NCBI GenBank assembly: GCA_001001185.1
Contig: LCKC01000001.1
Location: forward strand, 1 to 43,655
Reading direction: 5' to 3'
DNA: 43,655 nucleotides
Origin: Parcubacteria group bacterium GW2011_GWB1_45_10
GTDB taxonomy: Bacteria; Patescibacteriota; Minisyncoccia; UBA6257; Brennerbacteraceae
Shown: positions 33,090 to 40,086 of the stretch, piece after piece
Layout: the number at the start of each line of letters is the position of its first letter
How positions within the stretch are numbered: the stretch's first letter is position 1
Notes under the pieces: generated by a model
The model's database searches: none
What the model saw: the letters and a program-made list of their open reading frames with translations, nothing else
What the model was told of the DNA's origin: nothing
Position numbers and translations under genes: made by a program

Positions 33090-33120
33090 ATGGCACCTCC
33101 TTTATTCTTGTAATGTGTAG

Positions 33121-33149
33121 ATTATGCTACTTTTATTCTTCTTTGTCAA
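33121..33149 (-). promoter_or_regulatory. Promoter of the precursor-peptide gene (TTGACA-17-CATAAT)
   Basis: On the plus strand, tgtcaa is at 33144-33149 and attatg at 33121-33126, with an exact 17-nt spacer. Confidence 0.6.
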
Positions 33150-33179
33150 AGATTTAACAAAAGGTTAAATCCCTACCGC

Positions 33180-34406
33180 TCAAGCAATAATTCCTCCGCC
33201 CAGCATCTGCCTGCCTTTGTAAAACACGATTGACTGACCGGGCGTAATGCCGACCGCCGGTTTTTTGAAAACAACTCTCATCTCTCCTTTCTCATCTCTG
33301 GTTATCTTTACTTTTTCTAGCGGCTGACGATAACGATATCTCGCTGAACACTTGATCGGATATTTTATGGAAAGATTTACCCAGCTGGCATTTTTTACAA
33401 AAATGCGCGCGGGAAAAAACTTTGACAAGTCTCTTTTTATTGCCACAGACAAAATGTTTTTCTTGACGTCTTTTGCGGCAACGAAAAGAGGTTCGCCAAA
33501 GCCGACGTTAATGCCGTGCCGCTGCCCCAGAGTGAAAAGATGCGCGCCTTGATGAAACCCGACAGTTTTTTCAATTCTTTTGTTTCCTTTGCCAAAACTC
33601 ACCAGAACAATCGCGCCGGTTTTTTCTTTGATAAAAGGCTTCAAAAACTTTTTCAAACTGACTTTGCCGACAAAACACAGCCCCTGGGAATCTTTTCTTT
33701 CAGCGTTCGGCAAACCGGCGATTGAAGCCAGTTTTCTGACTTCTGGCTTGGTTAAGTCTCCCAGCGGGAAAATGCAATACTTTAATTGATTTTGTTTCAA
33801 TGTCCACAAAAAATACGATTGGTCTTTGTTGTTATCTTTGGCAATAAACAAAGAAACAGAATTCGGCCGAGAGAAGTTCTCGGAGCCCCGACGAGCTTGG
33901 TCTCCCGCTTTGCGGGAGTCGTCGGGGCGAGAGCACAGCTGGTTTTTAACCGCTGGAGTTAAAAAACCAGTGGTTCGATCGGCTGGATTCTGTTTCAGCT
34001 TCACATAATGTCCGGTGGCGATAAAATCCGCGCCGAGTTTTCGGGCTTTTTCCAAAAACAGCCCGAACTTTATTTCTTTGTTGCAAAGCACGTCCGGATT
34101 CGGAGTTTTGCCGCTTTTGTAATTTTCAATGAAATCAGTAAAAACGATTTTCTGGTAATCTTTTTCAAAATCCCAGGTATAAAAAGGAATCTTAATCTTC
34201 GCCGCGGCTTGCCGGGCCTGCCTTTGGTCTTCTTCCCACGGGCAGTAAATCACACCGGGGAGCTTTTTCGTCCAGTTTTTCATGTAAACGCCGACAACAT
34301 CAAAACCCTGCTGTTTCAAAAGCAAAGCCGCCACCGAGCTGTCCACTCCTCCACTCATGGCTACAAAAACCAACGGGATTTTTTGAGATAATTTCGGCAT
34401 AGGCAT
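33180..34406 (-). CDS. mnmA: tRNA 2-thiouridine(34) synthase MnmA (with ~40-aa insertion)
   Basis: It has the PP-loop VAMSGGVDSSVAA, then ATGHYV...NKDQSYFLW...DSQGLCF. The start is ambiguous (ATG 34406 or 34400; the track uses TTG 34436). Confidence 0.9.
   Translation of the reverse strand: MPMPKLSQKIPLVFVAMSGGVDSSVAALLLKQQGFDVVGVYMKNWTKKLPGVIYCPWEEDQRQARQAAAKIKIPFYTWDFEKDYQKIVFTDFIENYKSGKTPNPDVLCNKEIKFGLFLEKARKLGADFIATGHYVKLKQNPADRTTGFLTPAVKNQLCSRPDDSRKAGDQARRGSENFSRPNSVSLFIAKDNNKDQSYFLWTLKQNQLKYCIFPLGDLTKPEVRKLASIAGLPNAERKDSQGLCFVGKVSLKKFLKPFIKEKTGAIVLVSFGKGNKRIEKTVGFHQGAHLFTLGQRHGINVGFGEPLFVAAKDVKKNILSVAIKRDLSKFFPARIFVKNASWVNLSIKYPIKCSARYRYRQPLEKVKITRDEKGEMRVVFKKPAVGITPGQSIVFYKGRQMLGGGIIA
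33866..33970. repeat. Three consecutive palindromes embedded in-frame in mnmA
   Basis: The three are ccgaga..tctcgg; ccccgacga..ctcccgc tttg cgggag..tcgtcgggg; and ctggttttt..aaaaaccag. The ccccgac..gtcgggg motif also occurs in the ppsA terminator region at 13388-13408. Confidence 0.65.
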
Positions 34407-34455
34407 TAAACCAGCTGGTTTGCCGGTTTTAAACAAGATTAGCTTAAAAATAAAA

Positions 34456-36048
34456 TCACTCAGTTTTCTCTTGGGCGTCCGGCTCCTGATTGGTTTCCGG
34501 CTCGGGTTTTTTCTCTGTTTTTTTGCCGGTGATGATGTTTTTCAGCATCTCGGAAAGGCTTTGTTTTTTGTCTTTTTTCTCTTCTTTGCCTTTTTTGAGA
34601 TTTTTCAGGCATTTTTTGCAGTAAATCGAGCGTTTCGGATCAGGCTGGAAAGGCACCCTGACTTCCCGGCCGCAAGAACTGCAGGTGGCTTCAAACAAAA
34701 CACCGCTCATGGAAGCGAAGTTGCTTTCCTGGGGCTCAAACTTGTCTTCTTCAATGTTTTCCGGATTAGCCGGCTGCAGCCATTCAGCAATCTCGGCTTG
34801 GACGATTTTTTTGTTGGTCCCGTATTTAAGCTGGCAAAGATTAATGATTTCTTTGGCGTAGCTCACCGGCGGAAGATTCTGCGGCGGCAAAGTTGAAGCC
34901 AAAAACGGCGACGACGTAATGCCGTCAATCATCATCTTGGTGTAAAAATAATGGTTCGGCAGATTAACCAGATCCTGGACGCCGATATTCGGCAAAAACT
35001 GCGGCTCAATTATTTCGGCGTCTTTGGCGCCGACCCGGAAATTAATGTGCGTGCCGACATTGCCGAAAATGGCGGCGGTAATCTCTTCCGGAACCTGCTC
35101 AATATACTGATGCCCCATAATCAGGCTCAAACGATATTTTCTTGCCTCCGCCAGAATCTTCACAAACGACTCCGTGGCAAAGTTCTGAAACTCGTCAATA
35201 ATCAAACAAAAATCCCGCCGTTTGCTTTCCGGAATGTCAATCCGCGACATCGCCGCCTGCTGGATTTTCGTCACCAATAAACCGCCCAAAAGCTGGGCAT
35301 TGGTTTCGCCCACAAGACCGACCGGCAAACGAATAATCAAGATTTTATTTGAATCAATAATCTCGCGCAGGTTAATCTTTGTTTTTTTCTGGCCGATGAT
35401 GTTCCTGATTAACGGATTGGAAGTAAACTGGCCGACTTTGTTCTGGATTGGCGCGATTGCCTCAACCTGAAACCGGTCGTGGTATCTGGCAAACTCGTTC
35501 GTCCAAAAAGCTTTGACCACCGGGTCTTGCAACCCGGAAACAATCATTTTGCGGTAGTCTTTGTCGGAAAGCATGCGGTTGATTGCCAAAAGAGTTGAGT
35601 CCGGATATTCAAGCAACGCCAAAAGAGTGTTGTTCAAAATATACTCCATTCTGGCTGACCAGACATCCGGCCAGATTTTTTTGAAAACCGACAAAAGCCC
35701 GGAAGCGACGTTGTGGCGGAAATCAAAAGCAACGTTTTCCATGACATTGAACGCAATCGGAAACTCGGTGTCCGAAGGATTGATGTAAACCACATCGTCA
35801 ATCCTTTCTTTCGGCACAAAATCAAGCAGCCTTTCGGAAAATTCGCCGTGCGGGTCAATCACGCCGACGCCGCGGTTATTCTGGATATGGTAAATCGCCA
35901 TCGTATCCAGCAAAGTTGTTTTGCCGGAACCGGTCATACCAATGACATAAACATGGCGCCGCAAATCGTCAATCTTAATGCCAAAAGCCGTCCGCTTGTT
36001 CCTGAACTCGGCTTCGCCGATTAAAATCCTGTCTTCTTCACTATTCAT
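34456..36048 (-). CDS. TraD/VirD4/HerA-like P-loop ATPase with C-terminal CxxC-x17-CxxC zinc ribbon
   Basis: Walker A is GMTGSGKTT and Walker B-like is FCLIIDEFQNF, followed by ARKYRLSLIMGHQ. The C-terminus has CSSCGREVRVPFQPDPKRSIYCKKC followed by a Lys/Glu tail. Confidence 0.75.
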   Translation of the reverse strand: MNSEEDRILIGEAEFRNKRTAFGIKIDDLRRHVYVIGMTGSGKTTLLDTMAIYHIQNNRGVGVIDPHGEFSERLLDFVPKERIDDVVYINPSDTEFPIAFNVMENVAFDFRHNVASGLLSVFKKIWPDVWSARMEYILNNTLLALLEYPDSTLLAINRMLSDKDYRKMIVSGLQDPVVKAFWTNEFARYHDRFQVEAIAPIQNKVGQFTSNPLIRNIIGQKKTKINLREIIDSNKILIIRLPVGLVGETNAQLLGGLLVTKIQQAAMSRIDIPESKRRDFCLIIDEFQNFATESFVKILAEARKYRLSLIMGHQYIEQVPEEITAAIFGNVGTHINFRVGAKDAEIIEPQFLPNIGVQDLVNLPNHYFYTKMMIDGITSSPFLASTLPPQNLPPVSYAKEIINLCQLKYGTNKKIVQAEIAEWLQPANPENIEEDKFEPQESNFASMSGVLFEATCSSCGREVRVPFQPDPKRSIYCKKCLKNLKKGKEEKKDKKQSLSEMLKNIITGKKTEKKPEPETNQEPDAQEKTE

Positions 36049-36056
36049 TAAAATAA

Positions 36057-36098
36057 TTTATTCTACTTTCTATTTTCTATTTTCAAGTTTCTAGATTC
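36057..36098 (-). repeat. Six tandem heptads (GAAnnnn on the coding strand) between the membrane-protein and ATPase genes
   Basis: The plus strand reads tttattc tactttc tattttc tattttc aagtttc tagattc. The coding strand reads gaatcta gaaactt gaaaata gaaaata gaaagta gaataaa. Confidence 0.65.
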
Positions 36099-36101
36099 TA
36101 T

Positions 36102-37490
36102 TTAGATCACCGGCAAGTTTGGCGGCGGCTCGTATTTCTTGGTCTGAACGCGATAAAGTCTCGGCGCGCCGGTCTGGGTCAGCGGGAAATGATACAAAGT
36201 CGCCAGTTCGTCCGTGGCAAAAATCATTTTTTTCATAATGTTCTCTTCGTCATCGTCTTCAAGAGCAAACTGCGGCGCCGGATCAGGCAACCTTGATTCA
36301 TAAGCCTTGAAAAGATTGTTCGCGTCCTGGTAATCCAGACTGTCGCCCAAAACCCATTTAATCAGGAAAAACCTGGTTTTACGCTTGTTTTTGAAACCGT
36401 TGAGGTTTGCCAGGGTAAAGCTCCGGAAATAAGAGTTAATCGCCGCGCTTTTCTGGTCTTTTTCAAAAGAAGCTTTCGGGGCGAGATAAATAACCCTGAC
36501 GACGGCTTCAAAAACTGTTTTTGAAACTTTGTTTTCCGCCCGCTCAACTTTCATTCTTTCGCCGCCCGACGGGCCTTCTTTTTTCTCTTCTTTTTTTTCT
36601 TCTTTGGCCGGCTCGGCTTGAGGACTGGTAAGCGAACCAAGGTCTTTGGCAAAACCTTTGACGACATTGGCTGACTCGTCGGCCAGGCCTTTGGCAATCT
36701 GCTTCAAGCCGCCCGGCTCTTTGGCTTCTTCTTTTTTGCCCAAAAGCTTGTCAATTTCTTTTTTGGTTTTTTCTTTCCAGGAATCGGACAACGGCTTGGT
36801 CAAGCCCCGCAGGACCATCTGCATCCAAATCTCTTCGCCGTTTTCCAGACCGCTCAAAACCTCCAAAAACGGCGCCATTGAGTCAAGCCGCCTTTCTTCA
36901 ACCCGCTCTTCAAAAAATTCGTAAGTTTTAATCGGGAAAACCGGCGACTCGTTCAAAGTCAATTCCGCCGCCCAGATGTTGTAATAATTGTTCGGCAAAG
37001 AAGAAAATCTTTTGACGTAATCTTCAATCTCGGTTATCTCCACCTGCGGATACTGCGAACGGAACTGAGCTTCAATCAAGTTCTTGAATTTTTTCGGCGT
37101 GTGGATAATAAACGAAATCCCCTCTCTGGTGCCAAGAATCTCAAAAGAAACCCAAAGCGGCACTTCGCCTTTTTTAAAAGGAATCTTCCGGTCCAAAAGC
37201 TCTTCCAGCCAGGTGTCCGGCGTTGAAGCAATCACTGACAAGCCGGTGAAAACCTGGTCCATGACTTTCGGCGTCGTCAAAACGTCCTGCGGAATTTTCA
37301 GCTCAAGGTTAATCCACTCAATGCTTTCTTTGAACTTTTCCTGGTTGTAATTTATCCAAAACTCCAAAGCAACGTAAAACGCGACAAACGGCAAAAACAG
37401 CCACCACCAGTCCACAAAAGCGCCCCACAAAGCCAGGAAAATGCCTTCAATCAAGCTGTTGGAAAATAAAAAATTATACAAGCTGTCCAT
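36102..37490 (-). CDS. Hypothetical membrane protein partnered with the ATPase
   Basis: 462 aa with two N-terminal TM helices (IFLALWGAFVDWWWLFLPFVAFYVAL), an internal Lys/Glu-rich linker and a C-terminal ...ELATLYHFPL motif. It lies 53 nt upstream of the ATPase. Confidence 0.5.
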   Translation of the reverse strand: MDSLYNFLFSNSLIEGIFLALWGAFVDWWWLFLPFVAFYVALEFWINYNQEKFKESIEWINLELKIPQDVLTTPKVMDQVFTGLSVIASTPDTWLEELLDRKIPFKKGEVPLWVSFEILGTREGISFIIHTPKKFKNLIEAQFRSQYPQVEITEIEDYVKRFSSLPNNYYNIWAAELTLNESPVFPIKTYEFFEERVEERRLDSMAPFLEVLSGLENGEEIWMQMVLRGLTKPLSDSWKEKTKKEIDKLLGKKEEAKEPGGLKQIAKGLADESANVVKGFAKDLGSLTSPQAEPAKEEKKEEKKEGPSGGERMKVERAENKVSKTVFEAVVRVIYLAPKASFEKDQKSAAINSYFRSFTLANLNGFKNKRKTRFFLIKWVLGDSLDYQDANNLFKAYESRLPDPAPQFALEDDDEENIMKKMIFATDELATLYHFPLTQTGAPRLYRVQTKKYEPPPNLPVI

Positions 37491-37504
37491 GCTCTTTTAA
37501 TTTT

Positions 37505-37646
37505 ACCCTGTAGTGAAGTTTTGACAACATTATTTCCGATTGATTATCCGGGGACTCTTTTTCTACTAAAAATACAGCAGAACTCTGCCGCCAAACTCAG
37601 TTTAACACAATGTTTATGAAGGAACGTCAAAACTCTACTACGGGGT
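37505..37646. repeat. 142-bp inverted-repeat cassette upstream of the 462-aa membrane protein gene
   Basis: The arms are accctgtagtgaagttttgac (37505-37525) and gtcaaaactctactacggggt (37626-37646). The arm sequence is clearly related to copies A and B. A solo cccgttaaaaaccaatcg lies just outside at 37651. Confidence 0.65.
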
Positions 37647-37695
37647 TTACCCCGTTAAAAACCAATCGTCCACTGGGTTTTTTGCACTTGAAAGA

Positions 37696-38781
37696 TTAAG
37701 CTTCCTGGACGCTCTGTTTTTCCCTTTTGAGCGTGTATTTTTTGTCTTTGGTTTTTTCAAAATAAGCCTTGTTCTGAAGGTTGATGAAAATCGTTGAATC
37801 TTTGACCAAACGATGCTGTTTGATGGCGGCAATGATTTCCTGCAAGTTCAAAGGCTTTCTTGCCCGCTTCAAAACCTGGGCAATCACTTCTTTGACCGTG
37901 CCTTTTTGATAACCCCATTCCGACAAAGCGTAAATGCCGCGGCCAACCAAAACAAAACCTTTGTTTTTTATCAGTTCGTTATGAACTGTCTGCGCCTCAA
38001 CGGTTTTTTGCCAAACCGGATGAAAACTTGAAGCGCTTCTGGCGTATTCGTTCATGGTTTTCGCCAGGTCGCGGAAATGCATCGGCGATTCTTTGGTCTT
38101 CAAAACCAAATAAGCTTTGTCGCCGACGTTTGCCGGCGCCACTTCCAGATGGCGTTCCGAACCAATGTAGCCGAACGGGCTGAAAGAAATCACCGGGCTC
38201 AAGCAGACATAAGACATCAAGTTTCCGGTCGTCAGATTGGAAAGCCCGGAAGCTTTCGCGATTTCCCGAATGAATTTTTCAAAGCCTTCAACCGGCAAAG
38301 GAGATTTTCTTGACTGAATGCCTTTGTTGATTTTTTTGACAAACTCCAAAACTTTCTGAACGAATTTCTTGTCGTTCGCCCAAAACGCCAAATGGCTTTC
38401 GTCTTCCGCAAAATAAGTTATTTTTTTGTTCAGAAAAACCAAAAAACGGATTTTCAAAACTTCGTCTTCCGAAACGTCAAAAAGATAAGAAAGCTCTTTG
38501 AGAAATCTTTGCTCTTCGCGGATGCCTTTGAAATTCGCCAAGTGTCCCTCAACGACTTTCAAAAAATCGTCCAGCAAAGAAGATTTTGATAAAAATTTGT
38601 TGATTTGTTTAAAACCCGCGGTTTCCAGCTGCCTGACTCTTTCGCGGGTAATGTTCAAGCTCTTGCCGATGGCTTCCAAAGTTTTGGTGTAGCCGGTTTC
38701 AAGGCCGAGCCTGGCGGAAACGATTTCTTTCGTCCGGTCCGGAAGCTGTTCCAGGATTTTGTCAACGATTTTCTGAATCAT
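37696..38781 (-). CDS. Sigma-70 region-4-like HTH protein with C-terminal HARE-HTH-like domains
   Basis: The N-terminus (KEIVSARLGLETGYTKTLEAIGKSLNITRERVRQLE) is a sigma region-4 HTH. The C-terminal winged-helix-like repeats (HFRDLAKTMNEY...VLVGRGIYALSEWGY; LNLQEIIAAIKQH...) look like HARE-HTH domains. Confidence 0.6.
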   Translation of the reverse strand: MIQKIVDKILEQLPDRTKEIVSARLGLETGYTKTLEAIGKSLNITRERVRQLETAGFKQINKFLSKSSLLDDFLKVVEGHLANFKGIREEQRFLKELSYLFDVSEDEVLKIRFLVFLNKKITYFAEDESHLAFWANDKKFVQKVLEFVKKINKGIQSRKSPLPVEGFEKFIREIAKASGLSNLTTGNLMSYVCLSPVISFSPFGYIGSERHLEVAPANVGDKAYLVLKTKESPMHFRDLAKTMNEYARSASSFHPVWQKTVEAQTVHNELIKNKGFVLVGRGIYALSEWGYQKGTVKEVIAQVLKRARKPLNLQEIIAAIKQHRLVKDSTIFINLQNKAYFEKTKDKKYTLKREKQSVQEA

Positions 38782-38888
38782 ATTCGTCTAATTTTTGTTC
38801 AATAAAAAGGCGGAAAATGCCTAACCCTTATCTTTTAATAGAATATCACATTTATACCCCAAGGTCAATAACTGAAAAGCCCGGAACT

Positions 38889-39947
38889 TCAAGATTCCAG
38901 CTTTTCTTTGGTTTTAAAATCTTTGTTCACTTTTTTCCAAAACTGCTTTTTCTCCCTTTGGTAATCAAGGCTTTTCTTTTGTTCAACGAATCTAGCTTCG
39001 CTCTTGAGTTTGAGCCAGCTTTTGTACCGCTCAAAAGAAAGCTCTTTGTTTTCCACGGCTTTAAGAATGGCGCAGCCTTTTGAGCTTTGATGGTCGCAGT
39101 CGGAAAACTGGCAGTTTGAGCTCATTTTCTCAATCTCTTCAAAAAAATCGCTGACGCTGTCTAAAGACGCCAAAATCTGAAGCTCGCGCATGCCCGGGGT
39201 GTCAATCACCAAAAAACCTTCCGGCAGAACGAAAAGTTCGCGTTTAGTGGTCGTGTGCCTGCCTTTTGAGTCTTTCCCCCTGACTTCCTTCGTCGGCAAA
39301 ACTGTTTCTTTCAAAAAACGGTTGATGATGCTTGACTTACCGACTCCCGAAGAGCCGATGAAAACCGCGGTCTCGCCCGGCTTCATCAAACCCGCCAGCT
39401 CTTTTAAACCAGCTCCGGTTTTGGCGCTGGTCAGAACAACTTTTTCTTTTGCCAGCCTGGTTTTTATTTTCCGCAAAACAGAGTCCCCGGCGTTCAGGTC
39501 AAGTTTGTTAAAAACAACCACCGGCTCAACGCCGCCGTCCCTGACCGCCACCAAATACCTTTCCAACCGGTTCAGATTAAAGTTGTTGTCCAGGCCCTGG
39601 ACCAAAAACGCTTTGTCAATGTTTGCCGCAATCACCTGCTCTTCAATCGCCTGGCCGGGCTTCGGGTCTTTCCTTGAAATCTTTGAAAACCGCGGCAAAA
39701 CTTTTTCCAGCAAAACTTTTTTTTCGCCTTTAAGTTTTTTGAACAAAACCCAGTCGCCGGTTTTCGGCATGGCGCTTTTTCTGGAAAAGCTTTTCAAAAT
39801 AATGCCTTCAACTTCGCCGAAAGCCGTGTAAAGAATCCAGTTTTTGCGGTTCTCAACAGCCACCCGGCCAATCAGTTCTTCTTTGACGCCAAGCTCTCCG
39901 CCAATTTTATTTTTATAGTTTTCAAAACCCCAATGAGACAAGTTCAT
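38889..39947 (-). CDS. rsgA: Ribosome small-subunit-dependent GTPase A
   Basis: A circularly permuted GTPase (NKLDL...GSSGVGKSSIINRFL...DTPGMRE) with a C-terminal zinc knuckle (CQFSDCDHQSSKGC). Confidence 0.9.
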   Translation of the reverse strand: MNLSHWGFENYKNKIGGELGVKEELIGRVAVENRKNWILYTAFGEVEGIILKSFSRKSAMPKTGDWVLFKKLKGEKKVLLEKVLPRFSKISRKDPKPGQAIEEQVIAANIDKAFLVQGLDNNFNLNRLERYLVAVRDGGVEPVVVFNKLDLNAGDSVLRKIKTRLAKEKVVLTSAKTGAGLKELAGLMKPGETAVFIGSSGVGKSSIINRFLKETVLPTKEVRGKDSKGRHTTTKRELFVLPEGFLVIDTPGMRELQILASLDSVSDFFEEIEKMSSNCQFSDCDHQSSKGCAILKAVENKELSFERYKSWLKLKSEARFVEQKKSLDYQREKKQFWKKVNKDFKTKEKLES

Positions 39948-40072
39948 CCCGTTAGAAGCAGATCGCGATCTTAAAAAGACGAAATCTGCAAATTAATGTT
40001 ATATTTTCCTGTTTAATCTAATTACATTCTTTTTCCCATTATTTCCCGCGGCGATCGCGGCTTCTAACGGGA
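39947..40072 (-). mobile_element. ORF-less miniature derivative of the GIY-YIG cassette at the rsgA start codon
   Basis: It has the same 13-bp termini as the 15927 copy, with ttca flanks at 39943-39946 and 40073-40076. It retains MNPVRS... and ...LLLTG-stop remnants. Confidence 0.6.
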
Positions 40073-40086
40073 TTCATTTTCAGGAA

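Noticed and set aside
32926-33120. Tracked plus-strand 64-aa ORF
   Set aside because: It is antisense to the 55-aa precursor gene, which has a promoter, a strong SD and functional context. The plus-strand frame has none of these.
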